The translations under genes were made by a program, and so were the position numbers. A stretch of 63,925 nt of DNA, filler included, from Reticulomyxa filosa (Eukaryota; Protista; Foraminifera): assembly GCA_000512085.1 (NCBI GenBank). It is 18 parts of 18 records of this genome, joined end to end, with 100 filler letters (N's around TTAATTAATTAA, not from the genome) between each part and the next. Parts side by side here need not be neighbours in the genome. Positions count along the whole stretch, not along the records: positions 12,815 to 16,518 come from ASPP01006568.1; positions 16,619 to 22,734 come from ASPP01004923.1; positions 22,835 to 27,593 come from ASPP01009789.1; 15 more parts are not named here. The stretch is one strand, 5' to 3'. This document shows, one piece after another, positions 12,815-25,016 of this stretch; positions within the stretch are counted from its first letter, which is position 1; each line of letters starts with the position of its first letter. The notes beneath the pieces were generated by a model. That model was not told the origin of the DNA and searched no databases. It was given only the letters and a program-made list of their open reading frames with translations.

Positions 12815-15064
12815 TTGTTGTTGCTGTTGTCGCTGTTGAACTTGCTGTTGCTGTTGCTGTTGCTGCCAACTCGGCTTCATTGCCTAATAGCAATGTGTCT
12901 CCCATATCCATTACTTTTGATTCATTCGCTTGTGGCGGTACTATCAATAGCAAATCATCTTTGCCTTGTTTCAATTGTGTCGAGCCCGTCTTCTAATTTT
13001 ATTATCATCATTCATTATATACACAATATAATACAAATAAATAAATAAATAATGAAAACAGTTTTGCAAATGAACCTGATGATTGAGTATGGACGCTGGA
13101 TTGTCGGTAGGAATGAGTAGATCATTGTTGGCGACGAGTTGTACTTCTTTTTCTTGTTGAGTTTGATGTTGACGCTGTTTGGGCGTGAGGAGCTGTTCTT
13201 GCGACTCTTTGGCAGAGGTCTGTCGTATGAACAGAGACGAGCTTTCACTTCGAACGGTATCCTTTTCATGCGTTGCTTCCAAGCCGTTGCCATGAACAAC
13301 AGGCGATACAATTGCAAGAGGCGACAATGTAATGGCAGCGGCAGCGGCAGTAGCAGTGGCGGCAATGTCTTCCGCGGACATTGCCAAAGCCTTTGCCAAA
13401 GAGTCTTGATTTTCGTCAACTGATTCCATGACGTCGACAGAGGAGTGAGGTGGAATAAAGTTCTGCCCTTGGCCTTCTTTTTGCATTTCCAACAGCTTGG
13501 CTTCGCTAGCTCTGTACTGCTTGGGCTGTCCTTGTGTGGTCAAGTATGTGACCCCGGCGATTGTCATGAGCACCCCAAAGGGAAACACGATCTTCGTAGT
13601 GCCTTCATGTTGTCAAACTCCTCGTACACCGCCAGACCTCCTAGCACAGACACGAGGATCCAAAACGACTGGAACGTCGGCACCACTTGCAACGCCGAAA
13701 ACCTCTTCAATGCCGAGTTCAGCCATCGCAGCTGGAAGTATATGCTACTGAACAGTCCCAACAGTATCAAATACGTCGGAAAATGCGCAAACATTAGTCC
13801 ATTCCCACTTATCGTCAGTACTAACAATGTCGACGCCCCTTTGGCAAACAATACATTCTGTGCCCCCATTGTTCCACTATTCCATACACACAAACACATA
13901 TATATATATATGTATATAAATATATAAGTATATACATATATATATTTATATATTATAAATAATGTGGCCACCACGTAGGGGGTATCAAATTTATAACCAA
14001 CAAAAAAAAAAAAAATGATGTGTACGTTTCAAAAAAATACAAATTGCAATCTTTACCTAAGCGATGCAATTGCAAAGCGATGGACTTTGAAAAACTTTTT
14101 TTGGTATGAAAGTTTGTCAGTGGCGATCTTTCGCGCCATGGATTGCGTCAATAACCATAATGCGATCATATATGTACATACCGTTGCTCCATAAAATAAA
14201 AACGGTGATTTTCGATACATTGCAAACACATCTTCTACACTAATGTTCTCCATTTTTTTTTTTTTTTTTTAAATAAAAATGATCCCGTTCATTTACAAAC
14301 CACCAATAGCATACAAACTCAAATTATTATTAATATTTTTTTTTTTTGTGTGTGTATGCGACAGGGGAGGGTACATTTATGCACTTAACAAAAAAAAAAA
14401 AAAAACATAAACAAACGCACTTGACGAGGTTATCTTCTTTTGCCGAGAAAACGACAGTAATGATACAACCAATGACGATGACAAAGGTCGAGAAGATGAC
14501 ACGCTTGGATGGGATTTCATTTTGCATGATCGGTGCCAAACACACGTTCACGACGAGCGTCAACGAACCCAATGGCGCCACTACCGACTGAGGCGCAAAT
14601 CCCAATGCAACAAAGTCGAATATCGCTCCGATCACTTGCAAAAATAACCCGATCAGCCATAGTGTGTCAAACACATACGACGGCTGATCTTTGTCGTCTT
14701 CGGCTATCACGACGTTCCCTTTTTTTTTTATAAAAAAAAACAAAACAAAATGCATGCAAATTTGTTTCCTCCTTGGTTATATACTCTTTTCTTTTTTTTT
14801 TTGTGCTGATCTTCACCTGATATTTGACGAGAGTGTTGTTGTGGATGCTTTTGTGCTTTGGATTGTTTTTGACGAACACTAGTTTTTTTGTATTGTATTG
14901 TGTCGTTGTTCTTTTTTTTTTGCGGCTATTCTATCTCTTTCTATGATGCATGCTGTACGTAACGAGTGTGCTTTCTTCTGGACATTGAGACCAACGTTAC
15001 TTATCAAATTGGCACTCACTGCTAACGTCACACCAATAATCCAGGATATCTTATCCAACGGCAT
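12815..15064 (-). CDS. NIPA: NIPA-family Mg2+ transporter (DMT superfamily), spliced, 3'-partial
   Basis: IGVTLAVSANLISNVGLNVQKKAH; WLIGLFLQVIGAIFDFVALGFAPQSVVAPLGSLTLVVN; FQLRWLNSALKRFSALQVVPTFQSFW..GGLAVYEEF. Single-base indels near 14885 and 13595. Confidence 0.9.
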
Positions 15065-15558
15065 TCCTTTTCGCTCTTGACACTGATAATAAAATTTTTA
15101 TATAAAAATTTTCGTAAAAACTTGACAACGTACTCCTCCTGCGGTTGTTTTCCTGGTTTCGTGATCCGAACATGCTTGCAAACTGTTGTGAAGAGACTAA
15201 GTTGGTTGACCGTTTTGACAATTGAAAAATTTTTTTTTTGTGAGCTCGTTTGATCTTAGAGAAAGGTGAATTGTTTGTAACAAAGTAGAATTCTTTTTTT
15301 CCAGAAGGAAACCACATTAAAGACACCGCCAAACCGCGATCCAAAAAAAAGCAAAACAAAAAGTGATGAATCAAGTTACTTGTTTAGTGACTATGTTTTG
15401 CGGAGACGCAAATTGTGGATAGGTTTGGAAATGGAGAAGTAAAAAGAATGAAACATCTTTGAACAAACACAGCCAAGTGAGATGGAGTGAATGCGGTGCT
15501 ACCTTACACATGTTGTCTTTTGAAAATGAAAGGAGGCATCACAATAGTTGTGAGCATT

Positions 15559-16518
15559 TTATCCAAATCTTCTCATACCTCTGCTGCGGCCTCCTCTTCC
15601 ATCACTTGTCAATTCAAACAAATCAAACGTGTCATTGACCTTGGCAGCTGCCTTTGTCATTGCTGCCAAGTAGGTCATGATCATTCCTGTTGATAATTCC
15701 TTTATATCACAAACAAACAAAAAAATACCGATACATATCTTAGATATATGTATGTATATGTATATCATCTTCTCCAAAAACAAAACTGTGGAGAAATCAT
15801 CGCTGAATTTTTCACTGCTCATAGTTGGCAAACGATTGGTGACACCTTGGATTAACTCCAAGACTTCACGATTGGGAGCAACTTTTTTTGACTCGACTGC
15901 ATTCAAATATTCGATCAACAGTTGGATGCGCTGTTGTAACGATACCATTGCATTTTTCATTTCATCAAATGCCGGGACTATTTGTGATCCTTTCGTTGCA
16001 ATATCTTTATTGCGTATCACATGGTCTGTTGTCAATCTCTCTGCCTACAAACCCAACAATACCACACTGGCTGGTCAAAAAAAAAAGTTCATCTCAGAAG
16101 GGAGGAGTTGTCCCCTTTTTTTTTTTTTTTTTTGTCCCTCTTCAACCCCCCCAAAAAAAAGTAACTGGTTCACTGTAGACTTTGAAAGGTAATTCCACAA
16201 AAACTTGGTCCGTTTTTTCTTTGGCTACTTTGAGTTCCATCTTTAGTCCATTCCATAATTGAAACAAATCATACACGCATATGAAATATATTCACTTTAT
16301 ACAATTCAATTGTATATACATATATGTGTGTTTTAAACATGCAAAAAAAAAAAAAAAGAATAAGATAAAACAGAACTCGATAAACAGTGACAGGCAAGGA
16401 CTTGTCACTTTTCTTTGGTAATGGGTCCATTCTCAAATACAACGGAGATTCGTTATACTCTGTGAACTGTACATTATTTGCAAACGCTTTATATTTTCAA
16501 CTACTAAGTCTTCTCCTC
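15559..16518 (-). CDS. CSN6: COP9 signalosome subunit 6 (MPN domain), 5'-partial, spliced
   Basis: FTEYNESPLYLRMDP; VFVELPF; AERLTTDHV; NAMVSLQQRIQLLIEYL; MIMTYLAAMTK..GRSRGMRRFG, resembling the CSN6 C-terminus. Confidence 0.85.
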
Positions 16519-16618
16519 NNNNNNNNNNNNNNNNNNNNNNNNNNNNNNNNNNNNNNNNNNNNTTAATTAATTAANNNNNNNNNNNNNNNNNNNNNNNNNN
16601 NNNNNNNNNNNNNNNNNN

Positions 16619-16657
<39 letters not shown>

Positions 16658-16710
16658 ATAATGTTGTGAATTTGAAATAAATAAATAAATGGATATGCTT
16701 GAGATGATAG

Positions 16711-17551
16711 AAAATGGCATGTCTAGACACCGAATTCTTTTCCACGCCAGAAACGAAAGCGCAGTTGTTGTCGAGTTTGTATCAGATTGGAGTGTACACC
16801 AGCGCGAAACAGAAAACATTGATATCGGTGAAATGGCCGGGCAAACCTTTCCATTTACGCGTTCGCGATACTCACGAGTGCATGCACAAGTTTCACTACA
16901 AGTCGGTTTCCGTGAGCCTGCCAGACTACCAACCCCAGTCCCGGTTCCTTGAGCCTTATGTTCTTTCCGAACAATTTGAGGAAATTGCTTTGCTGCCAGT
17001 GCACGCATGGCATGTTAATCAAAGACCAACACAAACAACAAAACAAAACAAAACAAAACAAAACAAGACATATAAATGAATGCTTGCTTTTGCTTGTGTT
17101 GGGGGTCATTTGTGATGTAATGTATGCACTGTTACGCCATATCAGTGAACTGTTTTTAGAAACAGTGAAAGATTTTCCCAATGTTATCAATCACAGTTCG
17201 CCCATGGACAAACAACTTGTAATCGCATTAGTGAAACATGGTGCGGAACATGGAGACACACGCTTGGCAAAAGCATGTAATGAATGGCTTACGAATGTGG
17301 AAAGCAACGCAATAAGGTGGCTCGACACAAACATCCTTTTGGGCGAGTGGATCGAGTCTCACGTTCTTTCGTCCTCTTTGAAATACTTATCCAAACAAGT
17401 TTGCAAAGTATGCGACATTGAAAAAGAAATTGCTGATTGTATGTACCACGAAGCCTCTCACGATGCTTATGCTTTGTATGTCACTCTCGCCGCTTTACAA
17501 CAATTTTTCACGTCCGTTGGAGTATTTAGAAAAGCAATCAGTGTTTCATAA
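16711..17551 (+). CDS. DEDDh (DnaQ-like) 3'-5' exonuclease domain protein, probably 5'-partial, one intron
   Basis: ExoI CLDTEF..LYQIGV (frame of ORF 16714); ExoII INHSSPMD; WLDT; SLKYL; ExoIII HEASHDA (frame of ORF 16949). Intron about 17010-17146 contains (CAAAA)n. Confidence 0.75.
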
Positions 17552-17644
17552 AAAGAACAGTTTAAACAGATTTTTTTTCCCCCTAATTTATTTCAGTAAT
17601 CTTGAAGAGCAAGAAACTGTCATTATTTTTTTGAATTACATAAA

Positions 17645-17675
<31 letters not shown>

Positions 17676-17689
17676 TCAAATTATGTATT

Positions 17690-19027
17690 TTATGGCTCAA
17701 GGGCCATTTGATTATACATTCTCGAGGCCACGAAATATTTTAAATCATGTTGTTTGCGATTTTGGCAAAGGGACAGCTTGAGCTGCTTTTCAGTGGTTGT
17801 GACGGCAACACTGTCTTTTCCATAAATCATGCAGTCAAATTCATGGGTCCAGTAAGTGTGGACCGTTTGCTCCACTCTTCTGCCGTACTTTGGCCACGTG
17901 TGAGGCGCACTAAGAGTATGATGAGCAGGACCGAACAAGTAGTCGATTACAATTTCTCCAATAAATTGTTCTTCAAACAAGTTGAGAATCATAGCATGGA
18001 TATCCGATTGCAGCTGATACTTCAGCGCCACCACTTGGAAATATTGAAAAAACAGCGTGTTGGTTTTCCAAAACGTGCATAAACGTTGATCCACTTGAAT
18101 TAGACAAAGATTGCACAGCCAGTCATTGTCATCGATACTGCCAGTTATTGATTGTGATAGTGGCGGTATGCGATTGTCCAACAGATATGTCTCTCTGCGA
18201 GACATGGACAGCAGCATGAGCAACAGGACGTGTGTGCAAAAGAGGGATTGAAAGACCCATAAAAAAGCACCCGTCGACGATGCATCTTCAAATGCGACAT
18301 GATATTGGTGCGACAAAGTACTTTGTATCCACACCAAATACGCAATAACGAGCACGTTGCACGAGGTCACTATCCCTGCAAACAGCATGAAATAGGTCAC
18401 CATTTCGTGACACCAATGCATGAAATCAATACATCGCCACAACTCCTTTGTGGACAGTTCAATCACTTTGGCAGTGTTGTACCACCCATTGATAAAAAAA
18501 ACGAGCAAACATGCGTCCAGCAACGATGCTGCCACCAATATTATTATCACCGTCAGCAAACTGTCGGCACTAATAATGCCGAATATATACAACAAGCATT
18601 CACATATCACTGCCGAGGTTAGAAGGAACGTGTACAAATTGTAGTCGCGCATGAAATACCGCCGAAGCGTCAAGCCGCCTGTGAAACATACTAGTCTTAC
18701 GCGATACCATTCCAATCGGTAAAAGTAACCTTTCGTCAAACCAATCAGGCTTTGTTCAACCAAAATCATTTGCAGAATGTAAGCAAAAGGTGGGTGGTTG
18801 TTTTCAAAATTGCAATACAAGGCAAAAATAAAAAATACCAGCAATACCGTAAACAATGACACGTACGGAACTGCAAATAGCGTCACTTGCGACCCTGACG
18901 AACTACGTATTTGTGCCAAAGAATTCCTCTCGCTAGCTACATTCCTTACAATGCGAGTCAATGCATAACCTAAGATTATAACACCAATGAATAAAAAGGA
19001 TAATGCTGCTATTAGCAAATTGAGCAT
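17690..19027 (-). CDS. Intronless orphan 7-transmembrane (GPCR-like) protein
   Basis: Seven hydrophobic segments followed by a soluble tail of about 170 aa. Start at 19027 (MLNLL) or 19081. Confidence 0.65.
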   Translation of the reverse strand: MLNLLIAALSFLFIGVIILGYALTRIVRNVASERNSLAQIRSSSGSQVTLFAVPYVSLFTVLLVFFIFALYCNFENNHPPFAYILQMILVEQSLIGLTKGYFYRLEWYRVRLVCFTGGLTLRRYFMRDYNLYTFLLTSAVICECLLYIFGIISADSLLTVIIILVAASLLDACLLVFFINGWYNTAKVIELSTKELWRCIDFMHWCHEMVTYFMLFAGIVTSCNVLVIAYLVWIQSTLSHQYHVAFEDASSTGAFLWVFQSLFCTHVLLLMLLSMSRRETYLLDNRIPPLSQSITGSIDDNDWLCNLCLIQVDQRLCTFWKTNTLFFQYFQVVALKYQLQSDIHAMILNLFEEQFIGEIVIDYLFGPAHHTLSAPHTWPKYGRRVEQTVHTYWTHEFDCMIYGKDSVAVTTTEKQLKLSLCQNRKQHDLKYFVASRMYNQMALEP

Positions 19028-19569
19028 GATTATTTGATTTTTTTTATCTTCGCCCCCTCTGTTTAAACTACTTAAACGCAAACAACTGTGGACAAGATGA
19101 ATCCAATAGCCAGCTGCAGTCTAATGGTAGTAAAATTGGATTATTCTAACTTTGAGTATTATTCTCCTTTCTTGTCGTTGTCGTCTTTTTTTAAATGTTA
19201 CCCCATTTACACGCTTCCTAGTTCAAGAAATACATTTTCCAAAGAAGAAGCCTTTCTCATCGAGTTTTGAGTGGTCTCTTGTGAATGTATCCTAAACCTT
19301 GACTGTGAAAAGTGCATGAAAACTTTTTATTTTCTCTAGGAGTCCATTCCAAAATACTACATATTAGGAGAGAACAAAAAAAAGGAGAAAAAAAATAAAC
19401 TGAATGTTATGTTGTTTAATTGATATTACAATCGTTTGAAAACTTTTGAAATCAAACAAATCACAACAACAATATATTGTTTTAAAAAAACGAAAGACTC
19501 AATCTTTTTTTTAAAAATGTTAAAAATTTGCAAATTTGCAATTAAAAAAGTGAACCCCACACAAAGTAT

Positions 19570-20469
19570 TTATAGAATCACACAAGAGCACTTGCCATTG
19601 TTTGCACGCGCAGTGCTCGTAGCAGTGGTGGTCGTAGACGTAGATTCAGAAGCCGCAAAAGCACGCTTTTTAAGAATGTCTCGACATATGTCGTCGAACA
19701 TGCCTTGAATGGCAATGTTATTTTTGGCACTGGCCTGATAGATGAGTTTGGTGTCATATTTTTCAGCCAAGGATTTGATATCTCGTGATTTGACTTGGTG
19801 ATTCGACTCAGGAATATCACATTTGTTTGCACACAAAACCAGCGTTTTTTTTTGGCACAATATTTCTTTGAAGCCAAACTCTTTCACCAATTTGAGTAGT
19901 ATTTCTTCGCCCTCCAACAACGACTGCGAACTCACTACACTGAATACTATCACAAATGCGTCTGCTGACACATATTTGCTGTAGTCCTGACTGTTCGCGA
20001 GCTCTGCTTGTCCGGCTGTGTCCAGTATTATCAGTGTCGCTGCTGTCGATAATTCGGGAATATGATGTTTCTTTTTGAATTGATCCTATTTTGTCATTAT
20101 ACATATGCGGTTTTACGTAACAACATTTTTTATATGCATATGTATGTACATATATAAACATTAAAAAAAAAAAAAAAAAAAGGGACTTTTTTTCTTTAGA
20201 AATCCTTCCCTCTTCTTCCCTCCTCCCCTCTACGAACTTCAATTGTTGGATCATAATCGGCCGAATATTCATTTTTAACAAATCTTTGACAGATTGCAGA
20301 TTTGCCTAGGCCACAATAATATTTATTGTTATTTTTTATCTATGCGAGGTGCTCACTATTTTTTTTAGTCCTGTTACTTCCCCTTCTCTGCTTCAATATG
20401 ATTTTGAAAACACTTACCCACTCCTCCCACGCCAAGCATGATTATTTTGAACTCTACTTCTGTTGTCAT
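19570..20469 (-). CDS. Ras-family small GTPase, 3 exons
   Basis: MTTEVEFKIIMLGVGGV|GKSAI..YDPTIE|DQF..ILDTAGQ..ANKCD..ASAK; CAAX box CSCVIL. Confidence 0.93.
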
Positions 20470-22109
20470 TTTGTGTTTGGTTAGTGCTATCGAAAAATAT
20501 AGTCTAAGTTAAGCAAAAAAAAAGTCTTCAGTTAGAACAACTGAACTAATTGTCCACACTTCAACTACGTGTTCATAGATTATTATAATGTTAAACAAAA
20601 AATAATATGCACGACTTTGAATCATGTATAGAATGAATACTGATGTTTTACAATGTAACGATGTGAAAAGTCACAATTTTGAAACAAGTAAAAAGGCACG
20701 ATTCTTTAATTGGATAATTACAAAAAAAATTGAGAAAGTGTATCTGTTGATCTGTCAAAAAAAATTTTGGGCATCATTTTCAATTATTTCACACAACAAA
20801 AAAGTCCACAGTGATTTAAAAATGCATAAAACATATAAAAACCAATTACGCCGAAAATTGGGCTATTGAATGAAGTCCATTTTTAAATTTGTCTCTTAAG
20901 AAAACAAACTTTAATAGAAAATTCTTTGAGTAGAGTTTTTTCTTTCAAGTGGCCAAGGGGTTTTTTTTTCGTTGTCTTTATTTTTTGCTCGTTCATACAT
21001 GAAGTGGAAAAAATAAGATGATATTGAGATCACTTTCATTAGCTTTTGTATTAGAGACACAATTTGTAAAGGGTCAAAACAGCTTCACACTCGCTAGAAG
21101 TACCGCACAATCTGTTGATGGCACTAATAACTATGTTACTGTTTATTTTAACATAATGTTGCTTTTTACATACAATGCACAGCAACTGCTTTGATTTCCA
21201 CTGATGCATGGTTCAAGTATGCATGTACAAAGAATGTAGTTAAGCATTTTTTTTAAATAGATTTTTTTTTGAAGAAACATAAAAAAATAACAACAATAGC
21301 AATACAATGATAAGTGTAATACAACAGGAACTGATGTTGATTCATTGACACTGGTGACTTGCATGAAAGTTATATTTGATACTTTGTGCTCAAAATTGAA
21401 CATATATGTCAAAGTTGAAGTTTATACTGTCCCGAACTTTGCGAGCATGCAGACGTGCTGTCAATTCTTTAAGGAATAACTTAATTTCAACCAAGTTAAA
21501 AATTTGAACATTTTGTGATTGGAAAATATTGTGTGAAAAAAAAAGTTAAAGTTGTTCTTTTGTTTGAAATAAATTCTATTGTGACAGTTACAATGCTTTA
21601 GTCAAATTATTCTGAAACAATTATACATACTGTCGTATTTTAGATTTATAAAGTGATCATCAACATACTTGTAAATTGTATCAAGCTATTTGGTGTAGTA
21701 TGAAGTTAAATAATATGAAATTAAAATTTCATCAACTGATATAGTGTATAATATATAACTTTGATTAAAGCTACGACAAAAAAAAATCAATACTAAAATA
21801 TGAATTTTTGTGTTTATAACAAAAATTTTAGTAGCAAATTGTGATTATCTTTTATAGTTTACTTGATATACTTTTACACTTTTATTAGTAGTTTGTAAAA
21901 ACAATAAACAAAAATTTAGAAAAGTTGTCGTAAGAAAAAAATTTTCAAATTATTGTAATTAGTTTTCATGTTAGACTTGCTTTAGTTGCTGTCACAATTT
22001 TACATATACATTTTCTTTTTCAACATTACAACAAGTTTTTTATTTTTATTGTTTTCTTTGGCTTCTAGTTATAACTCACAAGCTGTCTGGAATACGACAA
22101 TAAATTTTA

Positions 22110-22734
22110 TTTGAAAGAATATTAATGTAAATGTCGTATCGTGAGTCTGGCCAGTAATTTGGGGTAAATCATAACATATCAAAAAAGTTTACATCAGCAT
22201 ACTCAGCAGTGGAACTATTACACGCAAAAGACAATCTGGATGTCCTAAAACATTGACTTATAGATATACTAGTCTTGAGATACGCTTAATTTACTCTGGA
22301 TATGCACAAACAGCAGTAGATTGCAGCGACTACTCGTACGAGCATATAAAAGAGCGTTCTCCGTGAGCAATGTGAAGAATATTTTTAAATCCCAGGGTTT
22401 AAATGGTGAATACGTATCAAAAAGCATCTGTTAACTAAGCTCCATAAAAAGTTACGTTTAAAGTTCGCCAAAGAACACAAATCATGGACCAAAAGATTGA
22501 ATAAAGTGATTTTTTCCGATGAAATAAACATAAATCGTTTCGGACGTGAATAAAAAGAATACATTTGGCGAAGACATAATAAAATGATTTTCGATCGTAC
22601 TACTAAGCCTACTGTGAAAGGTGGTGGATGAAGCATGATGACTCGGTGATGCATGAGAGCAAAATGAGTAAGTGATGTTGCCAAAATCACAGGAACTGTT
22701 AACTCTGAGTTGTATAAAGAGATTCTCGCTGACC
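22110..22734 (+). mobile_element. Degenerate Tc1/mariner (IS630-Tc1) transposase remnant, cut by the contig end
   Basis: RLKFAKEHKSWT..KVIFSDE..NRFG..YIWRR..KPTVKGGG*SMM..ITGTVNSELYKEILAD, with multiple stops and frameshifts. Confidence 0.88.
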
Positions 22735-22834
22735 NNNNNNNNNNNNNNNNNNNNNNNNNNNNNNNNNNNNNNNNNNNNTTAATTAATTAANNNNNNNNNN
22801 NNNNNNNNNNNNNNNNNNNNNNNNNNNNNNNNNN

Positions 22835-24169
22835 AAAAAAAAAAAAAAAAGCAACTTTTGTTGTGATAGCATTTGTGAAGTGGTAGTAGTGTCTGGTTTT
22901 GTTGGATTGGTATGTGGTTGACTATTGTCCGTGTCATCTAATTCATCGACAAATATGGCGCGATACTGTGTGACAATGGCAAAGATATTCAAGCGATACA
23001 ATTCCATAAATTTTGATAAATAGGTATATGTTTCCGTTGCACTTAAATCCAATTTTACTTCTGGTTTTGCGTCTGTGCTTTTACCTTTGTTTGTAATTCA
23101 AAAGCAAGTTAATCATAACCAATTAATAATCAATAATATTTTTTTTTTTTTTTTTTTAATTTATTATTGGTTATCGATTTTTATTAACGATTATCATGGT
23201 GTGTTTTTTTTTTTTTTGCAACAACAAAAAAAAAAGGGTGTTACCAAAGTTCTTAAGTTTGATTTCTTCCATAAAAAGTTCATCTTTTTTCTCCTCTCGA
23301 TAAAAATGAACCGGGAAATCGGGCAAAAGTGAGTTCAAATATTTCAACCTCCGCGTGAGAAATTCTTTTCGCAACATTTGCTCGTGCTTGAAAACGTTCA
23401 TTCTTCTTAAATAGCCAATGATCTTTAAGCACTCTGGTAATTGGACGCTTTTTTCTAGCGACGCTAGCAACTCATCCAAAATATAGCCATTGGTTCGTTG
23501 CATTTCATTCACTAAAGATTTCAATATTGTGATTTCCGGATGTCGTTTGTGCATATCTTCGGCAAATGTCTTCAAATCCAACGCTTCTTGATATTGTTTA
23601 CTACGTGCACATTTCCACATTAATTGTGGTAATTCCAATATTTCCAACACTTTCGCTTGGTTCTAAAAACGTTCAGTCCCCGTTTTTTTTTTTTTTTTAA
23701 AAAAAAAATGTCCCATACGCATCATACATTCCAACGTCAATGTTTTTTCAAATCACATTTTATGTGTCTGTTTTGACATTTGAAAGAAAAAAAAAAATGT
23801 AATCAAAACTGAAATAAGTTGTCGGCTGGCTTTCCTTTTTGCTCGCAAGTTTCGTGCGGCATTTGTAAATAAACGCGACTTGGATTGCAAAGTCGGTACT
23901 GCTGTTATCATGTCGTGTACATGCGTTTGCATGGAGTGCACTAATTTATTCGATTGTGTCACTGTATTCAATGTGTTCAAAAACACTGGCAAGTGTTGAA
24001 CTGTTAGGTCTTCCATCTCTTGTTGGATTTTCGCTTTTTCTTGCTCCAAATACTGAGGCTCTTTTTCTAGTCGCTGCAAGCCATACGTTGTTAGCTTTGC
24101 CACATATTCTCTGTCTTCTTTGTTCAATGGAGCTCCAAAGATATACTTATCTGCCTCTTCTTCTTGCAT
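22835..24169 (-). CDS. COG8: Conserved oligomeric Golgi complex subunit 8 (Dor1), spliced, 3'-partial
   Basis: LQRLEKEPQYL; NQAKVLEILELPQLM; QLPECLKIIGYLRRM; RLNIFAIVTQYRAIF. Confidence 0.92.
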
Positions 24170-24413
24170 TTATATTTATTATTTTATTTTTTTTTTATTT
24201 CGGCTCCTGTCCTCTTTTTTTTGTGTTTCAAAATTAAAATCGTTTCATAAATTTTCTGCTTTTTTTGTTAATTTAAAGCTATTTATTACATTAATTATCC
24301 AAAATTTAAAAGAAAGATTTGACTCATCTTTTTTTAAAAGAACCAGTGAGTTTTTTGTAACGGGACAGCCACGTGAGTCTAAACAAAAAAAGTAAGAACT
24401 CAAGCAAAGAAAA

Positions 24414-25016
24414 ATGTCATTAACAATATTTTTTTTATTATCGATAATGGCGGTAATGGCCTTCGAACAAAACGAAGAATTTAAAACCCGAGGCGAGCTA
24501 AGGATCTGCACAAATTGCGATTACAAAACAAACCCACACCTGACAGAAGTGATGAAGTTCATAACAAAAGATTGTGGCTTAAAAGATGACGAATCAGGAG
24601 TTTGTGAAATGTACCCAGAATTATTTGTGAGATTGCCCTCAAGTGGTTTAACGAACATTGGAACATATGAGGTTTCATTTTTGAAATTATTCGATTCTAA
24701 CGAAGCAAAAATGTTATCTGACATCGAAGACCGTTCCGCAATACACGAATTTTTATTGAAAAAGAAGTTCAAAGTAAGATTGTCCGATGGGGACAAACTG
24801 AATGATCAAAAAAAAAAAGAAGACAACACAATAGATGAACAAATAAAAAATGTCATCGATGTTGACACCATAAAGAAAAAGTTTGGCGACATGAAACAAC
24901 AGTTTGAGTCGATGGGCCAGAAGGTGAAAGAAAAGGCACAAAACATTAACAAAAAGGCTACCGATACCCAATCCGATTCAAACAGCAACGATGAAAAGAT
25001 TAAGTGTGAAATTTGA
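24414..25016 (+). CDS. SelM/Sep15-family ER thioredoxin-like protein with CxxC in place of CxxU
   Basis: Signal peptide; GELRICTNC..LTEVMKFI..YPELFV..LKLFD..AIHEFL follows the SelM/Sep15 pattern; coiled-coil tail ends in KCEI (KDEL-like). Confidence 0.65.
   Translation: MSLTIFFLLSIMAVMAFEQNEEFKTRGELRICTNCDYKTNPHLTEVMKFITKDCGLKDDESGVCEMYPELFVRLPSSGLTNIGTYEVSFLKLFDSNEAKMLSDIEDRSAIHEFLLKKKFKVRLSDGDKLNDQKKKEDNTIDEQIKNVIDVDTIKKKFGDMKQQFESMGQKVKEKAQNINKKATDTQSDSNSNDEKIKCEI

Noticed and set aside
5737-22734. Alternative genetic code (stop reassignment) suggested by in-frame stops
   Set aside because: The stops are concentrated in decayed elements, while intact genes end with TAA, TAG or TGA at the expected positions.
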